From: a virus
Taxonomy: Duplodnaviria > Caudoviricetes
Virus record (IMG/VR): IMGVR_UViG_3300032250_000184
Span: 1-64,000 of that record
DNA length: 64,000 nucleotides
Direction: 5' to 3' (one strand)
Shown here: positions 18,732 to 28,424 of the stretch, piece after piece
Numbering within the stretch: the first letter of the stretch is position 1
Layout: each line of letters begins with the position of its first letter
Made by a program: the position numbers and the translations under genes
Notes under the pieces: generated by a model
What the model was told of the DNA's origin: nothing
Databases searched by the model: none
Seen by the model: the letters and a program-made list of their open reading frames with translations, nothing else

Positions 18732-19406
18732 TTACTTAACCGGTTTTCTTTTAATCATATCCATGAGTACGGCACTCTTTTTTCTTCTTGGTAAATAAAC
18801 TCCTGGCTCACCACCTTTACCGCCTGTTCCGGCAATTGCGCCGCCACCGACCACATTCGTTGGACCAACAGAACCACCCATTGCACCATCTTCACTAACT
18901 GTTTCTTCGGTTCTCCATCCGCCACCCATTGCTTTGTATTTTTTCGATGCCCATCCATTTGCATATGCGGATGGGTATACTGCAAATTTAGATTTGGCAG
19001 CTGCCTTAGCACGAGCCCACTTTTCTGGACTTGTTGGTACATTCTTTTCATCAATAGATTCAACTTCTTCTGGTACGCAATTAGGTACCATGCGATTGCC
19101 TTTTTTCTTCAGGCCTTTGGCTGTATATCCATCCCAACAGGCTTCATCGACTTCTTCTGTCTTTACATTGATTGGTGCACCACGGCGCTCTGGATTAGGA
19201 TCCTCTCTGCGCTTTCTTTGAGCAGCAGAAGCACGAGCTTCTTTGCCTATTGCATGAGCTTTTGCTTGAGGTAAACACTTTGGTTTACCTTCACCTGGTT
19301 CTCTTGCACAATCACCTTTAATATTACCTTTAGTGTCCATGCGAACCCACTTCTGTTTAAACCATTGTCTTAAATCTTCATCAAGATATTGTTTAAATGT
19401 TTTCAT
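18732..19406 (-). CDS. putative internal head polyprotein with CTS-like N-terminus
   Basis: MKTFKQYLDE start; small basic modules separated by xxE sites. Confidence 0.65.
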   Translation of the reverse strand: MKTFKQYLDEDLRQWFKQKWVRMDTKGNIKGDCAREPGEGKPKCLPQAKAHAIGKEARASAAQRKRREDPNPERRGAPINVKTEEVDEACWDGYTAKGLKKKGNRMVPNCVPEEVESIDEKNVPTSPEKWARAKAAAKSKFAVYPSAYANGWASKKYKAMGGGWRTEETVSEDGAMGGSVGPTNVVGGGAIAGTGGKGGEPGVYLPRRKKSAVLMDMIKRKPVK

Positions 19407-19726
19407 CAACAATTCCACTTTCTTAAAGCTTTGTTGATACGGCTATCTGGATCATTTGCGGTTTTGGCTGAAGTTAATCTTTTCTTCATGCCACCCATAC
19501 GAGCACAAAATGATTTTCTACGATTAGCAGATTTTGAACCTGGTTTTAATTTGGATGGTTTTGTTGTAACGGCCATAGACAACTTTGAACCAGGATTTTC
19601 TCTGCGATAAGATGCAATACCTTTACGATTTAAACCACCTTCTGGATCTTTGCCGGCAGATCGTTGCCAAGCTGGAGATTTCTCATCCAAATAATCTTCT
19701 TCTAGGAATTGTTTAAATGTTTTCAT
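19406..19726 (-). CDS. DUF6321-like basic protein with CTS-like N-terminus
   Basis: MKTFKQFLEE; AWQR..GK.PEGGLN.KG, RRKSFCARM, SRINKALRKWNC. Confidence 0.7.
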   Translation of the reverse strand: MKTFKQFLEEDYLDEKSPAWQRSAGKDPEGGLNRKGIASYRRENPGSKLSMAVTTKPSKLKPGSKSANRRKSFCARMGGMKKRLTSAKTANDPDSRINKALRKWNC

Positions 19727-20109
19727 ATTCGTCTAAGTATCTCTGCGATATTATTATCTATTGGAATTTCTGCAACTGGAATGTTTTTACCTTTAACACC
19801 GTAAACCATTTCAGGAACTATATTCAAATAAGACAAAAAAGTTTTCAAAATATCATAATCTCTTTCGTCTATTTTATAGAACAATATTCTTGCCGTGTGT
19901 TCTGGTCCAAAAACATTATTCAATAAAATAATGTGATTCAATATCAATCTCTCTTTAAGAGATTTTGTAATCTTATATCTACGAAACAATCGTTTTAAGT
20001 ACTTTGTTCGTTTGATATCACTTTCAAATTCAGACATGATACAATGTGGTGCATTATAGCACTTAACTGCATATATCATAAAATTGTCGTCATTCAAATC
20101 ATCAAACAT
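19723..20109 (-). CDS. conserved T4-like protein (DUF7207-like)
   Basis: KYLKRLFRRY..LKERLILNHIILLNNVFG. Confidence 0.65.
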   Translation of the reverse strand: MFDDLNDDNFMIYAVKCYNAPHCIMSEFESDIKRTKYLKRLFRRYKITKSLKERLILNHIILLNNVFGPEHTARILFYKIDERDYDILKTFLSYLNIVPEMVYGVKGKNIPVAEIPIDNNIAEILRRI

Positions 20110-20127
20110 ATTATTCTTATTATAAAA

Positions 20128-20147
20128 TGGGAGCCGAAGCTCCCATA
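20128..20147 (-). terminator. intrinsic terminator, UUCG loop
   Basis: ATGGGAGC-TTCG-GCTCCCAT then TTT. Confidence 0.75.
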
Positions 20148-20166
20148 TATTCAGTTTAAACTACTA

Positions 20167-20847
20167 TTAAACTACATCCAACTTAGCAGGTGTTGAGTTT
20201 GCTGTAGCTTCTGTGCCTGTTGCAGATACAACAACACGATAGTACCAATTATCAGCATTAGTAAATGTAGGTGTTACTACCAATGCAGCGGATGTACCAC
20301 CAGAGTATGTTGTATTTGCTGGTGTACCGTTAGTTACAGTCGAGTATGTATTGCTGATACCGTTAGCGGCAAACCATTGGTATGTCAACGGAGCTGCTGT
20401 ATTGCCTTCGGTGATACTCGCTGTTACACGGAATGTAGCTGTATTACCAACTGTCAAGTTAGCAGTATTGCTGCCTGGTTGCGAACTGATAGTAATTGTG
20501 GCGTCTGGATAAACTGGACTTGTGTTATCAGTAATCATATCACTCATAGCAACCAAAACTTCTTGTGTAACACGACCTGCACGACCACCAGTACCGACTG
20601 TGCGTAATACCCACCCTGTATGTGCGCCTTGAGCATTGACATCAGCTTCAAATTTATCTACACCGAATATACCAACAGCGGTATTAGCAAGACGGACACC
20701 GCCATTTGGCAATGCATCTTCCCAATATCCTACAGTAGTATTTTGAAACAAATTAGCCGTATTGACTCTTGTTGGTGCAACCTTGACTGCGGCCGTAGAC
20801 CACAACGGTGTGTTAGCTGCGTTATCGTAATTTCCCCATGCTGGCAT
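20167..20847 (-). CDS. virion structural protein with C-terminal Ig-like domain
   Basis: HTGWV..GGRAGRV..EVLVAM N-domain; ITISSQP..TATFRVTA..LTYQW..YYRVVVS Ig pattern. Confidence 0.75.
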   Translation of the reverse strand: MPAWGNYDNAANTPLWSTAAVKVAPTRVNTANLFQNTTVGYWEDALPNGGVRLANTAVGIFGVDKFEADVNAQGAHTGWVLRTVGTGGRAGRVTQEVLVAMSDMITDNTSPVYPDATITISSQPGSNTANLTVGNTATFRVTASITEGNTAAPLTYQWFAANGISNTYSTVTNGTPANTTYSGGTSAALVVTPTFTNADNWYYRVVVSATGTEATANSTPAKLDVV

Positions 20848-20877
20848 TTTATTCTCCTTAAATAGCCTTGTTTTTGT

Positions 20878-22308
20878 TTATTTATCTGTTTTCGTACTGC
20901 TGTTTTTGTTATTAGGACTTGATGGTTTTCTCATTACAGGATCAATTTCGAGGGTATCTCTAGTTTGACCCGTTAGTGTCTTGCCACCCTTCAACACCAT
21001 AGCTGCTTGGTTATTTTCGTCACCATCAACTTGTACCTTTTCGACCTTTGGTTTCTTACCATAGGTTGCTACGGACTTATCTTCTTTTTCATGGTCGTAA
21101 AGTTCTTCTTTGACCATCTTGTGTTTCTTATACAAAGATTTAATCATTCGAGCAGACTTGGACATTTCTTTTTTACGAGAATAGGTGGGTTCTCTGTCAT
21201 CAGCTTGAGTTCCCATATCAAAGGCTGTCTGAGTTGCTGCCTGCGGATCTTGATAGACATCTTCACCCATAGGTTTTACACCTTGTTTGCGTTGAAGATA
21301 TCCCATCAGACCTTTTACACGTTTCTTGGCAATTGCATTGGACTTGGCATGTAAATCAGCAAAACCTTTAGACATATCTTTACCTGGTTCAGCTGCATCA
21401 CGATTTGTTTGAGCAGTTTTAAGACTTGTTCTAGACTTATCTCTGTAAGAATCTAAAGTCGATTTTGAAATTTCATCAATCTGTTCAACATCTTCAATCA
21501 CCCAAGGAACTTCTTCTTTCACTTTCATTTCATCTTTTCTTTTACCAAAAGTGCTATGAACGAGTTTATCTAACTTTTTATGAAATGAAGTTTCTTTTGT
21601 TTTGCTTATACCATCAGATTCTTTAACAACAGCATCGTGTGGATATTTTTCAGCTGAACTTTTTCCATCTCTAACAACATGCACAGATTGGTTATCTACT
21701 TTGGTTACTTTACCTTTTTGTTTACCAAAAAATTTAGAATTGACCGTAACAGAATCACCAACTTTATGTGTCTTTGCTAATTTATTGAGTGAGTCGATAA
21801 ACTTTTGATCCGCTTCATTAACTTCAGATTCTTCTTTGTTTAGTTGTTTTTCTAAACGGTCAATAGAACCTTTCATATCTTCTTTACCAGCAGCATGACG
21901 AGCTTTCATTTCTCTCTCGATGTCATCGTGCTTTCTTGCTCTTTCTGCTGCAGCTTGACGAAACTTATCTAAAGCAGTACCTTGAATAGTTTTGGCTTCA
22001 TCGACCTGCACTTCTTCTCTTTGAGCTTTCATCTTATCTCTTGTAACAGAAGAAACATAATCAGCAGGATCATCAAATCTATGGTCTCGTTTCCATTTGG
22101 AAAATTCAGCAGATTTAGCGTGTGAAATTTTTGTATCTCTACTTACAAATTCAGGATTGATTCCTCTTGATTTTAAGTAAGAGGATAAAAATCCAGCTTC
22201 ACCTTCTGTGATTCCGGCACGGGCTGACCATGGTTCATTAGGATCGGTGCCAAAGGTGGGTTTTAGTTCACCTTTGATAATCACCTTTAGTTTTTTAGCT
22301 AAACTCAT
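20878..22308 (-). CDS. highly charged putative internal/core head protein
   Basis: Many I/L/V-x-E sites (ITE, VDE, VNE, IDE); K/E rich. Confidence 0.55.
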   Translation of the reverse strand: MSLAKKLKVIIKGELKPTFGTDPNEPWSARAGITEGEAGFLSSYLKSRGINPEFVSRDTKISHAKSAEFSKWKRDHRFDDPADYVSSVTRDKMKAQREEVQVDEAKTIQGTALDKFRQAAAERARKHDDIEREMKARHAAGKEDMKGSIDRLEKQLNKEESEVNEADQKFIDSLNKLAKTHKVGDSVTVNSKFFGKQKGKVTKVDNQSVHVVRDGKSSAEKYPHDAVVKESDGISKTKETSFHKKLDKLVHSTFGKRKDEMKVKEEVPWVIEDVEQIDEISKSTLDSYRDKSRTSLKTAQTNRDAAEPGKDMSKGFADLHAKSNAIAKKRVKGLMGYLQRKQGVKPMGEDVYQDPQAATQTAFDMGTQADDREPTYSRKKEMSKSARMIKSLYKKHKMVKEELYDHEKEDKSVATYGKKPKVEKVQVDGDENNQAAMVLKGGKTLTGQTRDTLEIDPVMRKPSSPNNKNSSTKTDK

Positions 22309-22316
22309 CTTGTACC

Positions 22317-23684
22317 TTAACCGTTATTACCAGGAGCCTTACCCAGCATTTCTGTTTTAACACGTTTCATTGCTGATTGAGCCAAATCTTTTGCACGACT
22401 CATTGGTGTGTGTTTTGCACCAGATTTATCTGTCGTTACTTTATCAATTTTTTTGTATGGACCATCAAAAGGAGGTTGGTCTGCATTTGTTACAAAAGGA
22501 ACATTATCTGTTTCTGGCTGTTTGCCTTCGTTAGTTTCTTTTTTACCTGCCAAGAAACGGCCAAAGTTTTTCAAGTCAGACTTAACTGTGGGTTTTTTAC
22601 CCATATCTTTTAAATAAGATTTGTCTGCAATGTCTGTATTCTTTGGTGGAGTTGCCTCATCCAACTCAACTTCTTCTTTACGAACAATGCCTGCTGGAGG
22701 AATTGATACCAAACCACCATGGCCAACATGTGGGTCACGAGCAGTCATGTTCATTGGATCAGAGTTTGGGATCCTATTTTTTGTTTCAGCCGCTTCTTTA
22801 TCTTTAGCTGAAACTCTTACTTTGAATTGTTTAAATGTGTTTGACATACCACCCGGCATACGACCAGCAACGGTGTCTGTTGTTACAGGATAACTATCAT
22901 CTACCGACTCATTGCGTTTCTTTGCATAGTAAGCTGCAAGTGCCATCTTTTGACGCTTCTTAACTGATTTACCAGCAAATTTAGGATTATCCGAATGAAC
23001 AAAATCACTAATCCAATCACCAGCAGTTGCATCTTTAGATAGCACTTCATTGAGTTCAGCTTCAAACTGAGCTTCTTCTTCGATGTAGTTTGTGATTAGT
23101 CTATCTTTGAAAAATTCTTCTTTCTTGACTTTTTCTTTCTCAACACCAACCAGTTGTTTAGTTGTAGGACCTTTGATTTTATCAATATCCTTCTTAACTT
23201 GGTCACGGCGTGCTTTAGCTGAATCACCATAAGAAGATCCATAAACTTTCATGCCTGTAGTCGTAGCTACTTTTTCAGCTTCGTCCAATTCAGTTTCTTC
23301 ACCACGCAACTTAGCCAAATCACCAGCATCAATTTCATCTTTTGGATGATTGAGTTTAGCAATCTTCTTTTGTTTTGGTGATAGTTCTTCTTTATGCATC
23401 TTATCTACATGCTTACTGACTTCACCATCTTTGCCGTGTAATCTTTTTTCGTGCTTTTTCACTTCATCTTCACAAGAAGCTTCTTTTATTTCTTTACCGT
23501 ATGAAACTTCTTCACCTTGAACTTTAACAGGATATGTTTTGCCTTTAAACGAAAACATTTTTTCGCCTTTGGTGTGAGCAGCATAAGCGGCTTTGCGTAG
23601 ACCTGTTTCTTCCAAGTCGGCTTCGTCCATACACTTTTTAACTGCTTCAGCAATTTCATCCATCTTTAACTTATTGACAAACAT
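22317..23684 (-). CDS. highly charged putative internal/core head protein
   Basis: EEVELDE, ELNE, TELDE sites; SDNPKFAGKS..KR.KMALAAYY module. Confidence 0.55.
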   Translation of the reverse strand: MFVNKLKMDEIAEAVKKCMDEADLEETGLRKAAYAAHTKGEKMFSFKGKTYPVKVQGEEVSYGKEIKEASCEDEVKKHEKRLHGKDGEVSKHVDKMHKEELSPKQKKIAKLNHPKDEIDAGDLAKLRGEETELDEAEKVATTTGMKVYGSSYGDSAKARRDQVKKDIDKIKGPTTKQLVGVEKEKVKKEEFFKDRLITNYIEEEAQFEAELNEVLSKDATAGDWISDFVHSDNPKFAGKSVKKRQKMALAAYYAKKRNESVDDSYPVTTDTVAGRMPGGMSNTFKQFKVRVSAKDKEAAETKNRIPNSDPMNMTARDPHVGHGGLVSIPPAGIVRKEEVELDEATPPKNTDIADKSYLKDMGKKPTVKSDLKNFGRFLAGKKETNEGKQPETDNVPFVTNADQPPFDGPYKKIDKVTTDKSGAKHTPMSRAKDLAQSAMKRVKTEMLGKAPGNNG

Positions 23685-23685
23685 T

Positions 23686-25671
23686 TTATTTCTCCTGTTT
23701 TTTGTCTTTTATCCAACAATCTGGTATTTTACCGTGCTTCTTTACAAAATCGTTATGTAAATCTTTTCCTGTTATGTTTTCATCTTTGGCGATTTTCATC
23801 ATCAATTTATGTATTGTGTCATAATCAGTATTTTGTAGTTTTTTTAAACCACTTTCTAATTTTTCTACATGATCCTCTTTAATGGATTTCTTTTTCTTGG
23901 TAATAGCCACACCAATATTTCGCTCTGCATCTTTGTAAGACTGCATGGGTTCAAAATTTGTCGCACCATTCAGAACACCACCTACTCCCATATCCGATAT
24001 GGAAGTATCATTCTGAAATCCTTTGTATTCTTTAATTGTTTTTCTAAAACTATTAAATTCTTTTTGTTCTCTGTATGTTACATCGCCTAGACCGGACATG
24101 GGATATACTGTTCCCTGCTGGCGTGTATCGAATTCTGGCCCCACACCCGTGGTGTTTCGTAGTCTTTGACTTACTGTTGGAGCATCCGAATATCGTTTTT
24201 TATTCTTTACTTTGTCTTTGTCTTGGGAGAAGTTGGCTTCTTTTGGGACTGGGTTGATCGTGAGCGTGGGTTTGCTTTCTTCGCTGTAGGTGCGGAAGAT
24301 GTAGGTTTTTGTTCTTTTTGGTGCGTCCCACTTGATGTCGTCTGCGTTGGGGTCTCCTGCACGATTGTCGGCTGGGATACTGTCAAGACCGGCGGCTTGG
24401 AGTCCTCGGTTGGTTTTGATCTGAATAAATTTATTAGCGCTTTGAACATTTCTTTCTTCCTTAATAATATCAAGTTTATCACCTATATTTAACTTACCGT
24501 GGTTTTCGAGCCATGATAATGATACTTCATTATAGGATTTATTTTCTATAAATGCATTTATATTTATGTAGGTATTTGTGATATCTTGTTCAATTGATTC
24601 CAATGAACCAGTATTGTCAATTTGTATAAAATCACCAAAAGATTCTGAAAAAAGTCTTTTGTTTTTCTGAGATTGTGACCACTTGTCATATCTAATCGAT
24701 TCGACCATCATCCTAGACAGTTTGGTGTTTCTTTCTTGACTAATTTCGTTTGTTGTATTGACAAACACCATCATTGTGGAATAACCTAATTCTTCCAGTT
24801 CTTCTTTAATATGGTTAATCTTATCAATATTATCTGCTGGTCCATTAATGATTAAAGGACCACGATTTCGAATGGACTCTCTACGGAAATCGCTTGTCTT
24901 TTCTGCAAGTTTCTGTTTATCAGCAAGGTAATCAAAGGCTTGCGTAGCATTCAATTCTACCGCTCTCGATTCTGCAATGGCTTCACGAATAATAACATCT
25001 TTGCCTGAACCAGGTCCACCAGTAACAAAGATAGCTTTGAATAGTCCACGATTGATATTTTCGTGTATTCCCATGCCTTTACGAGTATCATGATAGAGTT
25101 CTTTTGCTTGGTGGTCGGCAACATGACCAGGAACACCTTTTTTGAATTCTTTATAATTACCTGAAGCCGCATGACTACGCATTTTGGTGCCTGACATACC
25201 TTCAGAACCCTCTGCATCAGGATCACGATGGCCTGCGGAATGTACAGTAATTTTCTTAAAGTTGTATAATGCACCTTTGTGTGTGCCATTATATTGGTGC
25301 AGTTTTTCTTTCATTTCTTTAACACGGTCAGAACCAACGACCATGTGTAAATGAGTTACGCCAGCCTTATGTAACTTCTCTGCGTGATGTAAGAATGTTG
25401 GATGTTCTTTTGAGGACGACTCAATGTGAGTGCCTGGAGAGTATCTTTTGAGATGTTTGACCTTGGTTTCACCAGATAGTGGATTCTTCTTAGAATCCTG
25501 TGAGTGAGAAACCACAACAGAATGACTGGCTTTATTTTTATCAGCGACTTCTTTTACTTTGTCGATTAACTTTAAATGACCTGTGGTTGGTGGATTCATC
25601 CGACCAAAGGTCATTACATGGTGTTTTTCGCCTTGTTTTGTTTCTTCGACTAACTCTAAAAAAGATTTCAT
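23686..25671 (-). CDS. HIGH-family nucleotidyltransferase fused to P-loop kinase, CTS-like start
   Basis: GRMNPPTTGH, VVGSDR, MSGTKMR; GGPGSGKD; MKSFLELVEE. Confidence 0.75.
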   Translation of the reverse strand: MKSFLELVEETKQGEKHHVMTFGRMNPPTTGHLKLIDKVKEVADKNKASHSVVVSHSQDSKKNPLSGETKVKHLKRYSPGTHIESSSKEHPTFLHHAEKLHKAGVTHLHMVVGSDRVKEMKEKLHQYNGTHKGALYNFKKITVHSAGHRDPDAEGSEGMSGTKMRSHAASGNYKEFKKGVPGHVADHQAKELYHDTRKGMGIHENINRGLFKAIFVTGGPGSGKDVIIREAIAESRAVELNATQAFDYLADKQKLAEKTSDFRRESIRNRGPLIINGPADNIDKINHIKEELEELGYSTMMVFVNTTNEISQERNTKLSRMMVESIRYDKWSQSQKNKRLFSESFGDFIQIDNTGSLESIEQDITNTYININAFIENKSYNEVSLSWLENHGKLNIGDKLDIIKEERNVQSANKFIQIKTNRGLQAAGLDSIPADNRAGDPNADDIKWDAPKRTKTYIFRTYSEESKPTLTINPVPKEANFSQDKDKVKNKKRYSDAPTVSQRLRNTTGVGPEFDTRQQGTVYPMSGLGDVTYREQKEFNSFRKTIKEYKGFQNDTSISDMGVGGVLNGATNFEPMQSYKDAERNIGVAITKKKKSIKEDHVEKLESGLKKLQNTDYDTIHKLMMKIAKDENITGKDLHNDFVKKHGKIPDCWIKDKKQEK

Positions 25672-26858
25672 TTTCTAACTTTTAATAAATTTTGTTTAGC
25701 AAATTCAGCACGGTTAACCAATTTGGTTGGTTGATTGTCGTGATGAACTACGAAACCTTCAGGTTTAGACTTTTTACCTTCAATATGGTGTTGGTAATGT
25801 CCCTCATGTGTTTCTAATGATTTAACCAAAGCGTTTTTGGCTTGGTGTAAATGGTGATGCATTGACAATAAGTTTCCATAATGTGCTTTGTGTTTTTCAA
25901 CATGAGAGATTTCAGACTCTCCCTGTTTTGTTTTTTCTGATTTGGATTTATCAGTTTTAACTTTTGCAGCCATTTTAGAATGAACATCATGTAAGTGTTC
26001 TTTAAAACCTTTTACACTAGGCACTTCATCGTGTCTTACTGTCTTGTTTATGTATGTCGATAGGTGGCCAGCTTCTCCACTATGATTTTTGTGTATAGAA
26101 TCATACATTTTGTGGCCATGGGTATCATGAATTTCTTTGGCGGCCGCCATATGTTTCTGAAAGTGTTTCTCGTTCTCGGCTGAGTGTTTAACTTTACTTG
26201 TATCATGTTCAGCACCATGGATGTGTACATCCGGATGTTCTTTAAACTTACTCATATCAACATGAGGTGTATTGTGTTTCAAGTCGTGACTATATTGAGT
26301 GTGAACCACGACACCAACTTTAGACTTTTTAATCTTGTCAGCTTCTTTACCTTTAGCGGTATATGTGATGGTATTTGGTGTGAAAGAAACATCACCTTTA
26401 GCTTCTGCTAGATAACCCTCGTGTAGTGTTTTGGTATCTGCATGGTGCATCAAGTCGCCTTGAAACACTCCTTGTTTAGGTGTTACTTTTGGTAGATGTT
26501 TGAGAGCGTGTTTGAGTGTTTTTGCTAATCCTGGTGCATGGCCATGATTTCTATCAATATCAGCTTCTGTGTGGTTAATCTTTGGATTCTTATTGAAAGC
26601 CGATTTGGTCGCAACAAAGAATTTATTATTCTTAGGATGATGACCAAAAACAATCGATGGTGAACCATCATATTTCATTGTCAGATTGGTACTTTTATGT
26701 CCACCAGTCATGTGTGCGTGGGCTTTCATCAAAGCTGCATGGGCGTGTTCAAAACCAGAATGTCCATGCATTAAAGGTCTATCTTCAGCATGATGAATGT
26801 GTTTAAGTTCAGAACCTGTTTCAGATTCTTCTTTTAAGAATGACTTAAATGATAACAT
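25668..26858 (-). CDS. DUF6267-like ATP-dependent ligase-fold protein, His-rich, CTS-like start
   Basis: TMKYDGSP (motif I KxDG), QGDLM, EGFVV (IV), TKLVN (V); MLSFKSFLKEE. Confidence 0.7.
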   Translation of the reverse strand: MLSFKSFLKEESETGSELKHIHHAEDRPLMHGHSGFEHAHAALMKAHAHMTGGHKSTNLTMKYDGSPSIVFGHHPKNNKFFVATKSAFNKNPKINHTEADIDRNHGHAPGLAKTLKHALKHLPKVTPKQGVFQGDLMHHADTKTLHEGYLAEAKGDVSFTPNTITYTAKGKEADKIKKSKVGVVVHTQYSHDLKHNTPHVDMSKFKEHPDVHIHGAEHDTSKVKHSAENEKHFQKHMAAAKEIHDTHGHKMYDSIHKNHSGEAGHLSTYINKTVRHDEVPSVKGFKEHLHDVHSKMAAKVKTDKSKSEKTKQGESEISHVEKHKAHYGNLLSMHHHLHQAKNALVKSLETHEGHYQHHIEGKKSKPEGFVVHHDNQPTKLVNRAEFAKQNLLKVRK

Positions 26859-26903
26859 TGATTTCCTTACTAGATTTGCAACACACTTTGGTTGCCGTTC
26901 GCT

Positions 26904-26911
26904 TATTTATA
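26904..26911 (-). promoter_or_regulatory. T4-type late promoter TATAAATA
   Basis: Exact consensus upstream of the CTS-protein cluster. Confidence 0.7.
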
Positions 26912-26982
26912 CAACTTTTGGATTTATACAGCTAAACTATAGAAAGATTGGGTTCGATACATAGTGCATCAAATGTTGTCTT

Positions 26983-27696
26983 TTAATTCCATTTTGTATT
27001 TTCAAAATCCAACCAATAGTTTGACATGATACCTTTTCCTTGTAATAGATAGAATGGTAAAGTATGAATCAATCCTCTACTGGAGTTGTAGTATAACATA
27101 TCCTTAGGTCCTCTGTCAAGCGCCCATGCAAAATGACTAGAACCAGTATCACCACCTACAAATACCTCGGCTGTGGTAATGTGGTAATAATTCTGAACAA
27201 AGTTGGTAGAATACCGCCAGCCTTCAAATGGGCAACCTTCTGTTGGCTCACCTTTTTTACAGATTATTTTCTCATAATCTTTATATTCATCAGCACTAAA
27301 TTTTTCAATTAATTTTGGTAAGAGTTCTTTAGGCCAATTTCGATATGTGTTATATGGTGCATCAAACAATGGAAAAATAACAATCTTCTTCTCCATTTGA
27401 GCATCGTTAGGTATTTTTACCAGGTCACCAGAGATATCTCTAAAGTCCCAAACATTGACCTTTCTCCAAGGTAAAGACTCCGCACCTTCTTCTTTGGAGA
27501 AATAGTTAGTCATCTTCAACATTATCTCATAAAATGTTTGACAATGTGTGTCTGAGCTAACATTTCCTGGTTTCAAATGAAACTGTATTGTAGGATTGTT
27601 ATTTGTTTTTCTGATGTGTTCCAATACATTGGCAACAGCAATCATATCACCATTACGAATTGTACCAAAGGTGTCTGGTTCAATGTTAATGATCAT
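26983..27696 (-). CDS. glycosyltransferase-like protein (GT-B/GT9-like C-terminus)
   Basis: EVFVGGDTGSSHFA resembles the GT9 DTG.MH motif; in the glycan cluster. Confidence 0.55.
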   Translation of the reverse strand: MIINIEPDTFGTIRNGDMIAVANVLEHIRKTNNNPTIQFHLKPGNVSSDTHCQTFYEIMLKMTNYFSKEEGAESLPWRKVNVWDFRDISGDLVKIPNDAQMEKKIVIFPLFDAPYNTYRNWPKELLPKLIEKFSADEYKDYEKIICKKGEPTEGCPFEGWRYSTNFVQNYYHITTAEVFVGGDTGSSHFAWALDRGPKDMLYYNSSRGLIHTLPFYLLQGKGIMSNYWLDFENTKWN

Positions 27697-28424
27697 ATTG
27701 TGATATCCTTCACATGAATCAATTTCGATTTACGATTACCATAATAGTGTCGTTTAAAATCGAACTCAACCGGATGGCCATCCCAAGTTCTCATATCTTC
27801 GTCCCAACCAACGATTGTTTCTTTATTCATTAGGTCAGCAATAATACCAATACCTGTAAATGTAGTAATAAATGGATTAGGATTCTGTTTGATAAGATTG
27901 CAATTATACATTAATGTCTTTGAGTAGTCCATGTATACAACTTTGTCATCATCAAGATTTGCACCATTCTCAATTACATTGGTGTATCGTCTTGCATCAA
28001 CATTAGGATCTTGTTTTGCGGACCACCTATCACCAATAATAGTTTTATTACGCAAATCATCAATAAGCATTGGGAAAACTTTAATCTCAAAGTCATCATC
28101 AACTTGAAACAACATTCTATAATTGTCATTTACCCAATTCTCATAACGACAGGTCTCAATAGGACGATTCGAATCTTCTTGGTCCATGCGTGTCCATGAA
28201 CTAATAGTCATAACATCACCAAAAACAAGTAAATCATCTGAGAAATCCACATCCCCAATCATTGGTTGATATTTTAGAAACTCTTTGATGCCATTAAACT
28301 TACGCATTTCTGGTCTAATGATAAGGTGAATTTTCTCATTCTTGTATTTTGAGATACCGGATATTACAGGTAATGCATTACAGAAATCACCAAGATTGGC
28401 CGTGCAATCAATTTTAATCTTCAT
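27693..28424 (-). CDS. glycosyltransferase-like protein (GT9-like)
   Basis: NLGDFCNALP resembles the heptosyltransferase GD motif. Confidence 0.5.
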   Translation of the reverse strand: MKIKIDCTANLGDFCNALPVISGISKYKNEKIHLIIRPEMRKFNGIKEFLKYQPMIGDVDFSDDLLVFGDVMTISSWTRMDQEDSNRPIETCRYENWVNDNYRMLFQVDDDFEIKVFPMLIDDLRNKTIIGDRWSAKQDPNVDARRYTNVIENGANLDDDKVVYMDYSKTLMYNCNLIKQNPNPFITTFTGIGIIADLMNKETIVGWDEDMRTWDGHPVEFDFKRHYYGNRKSKLIHVKDITI

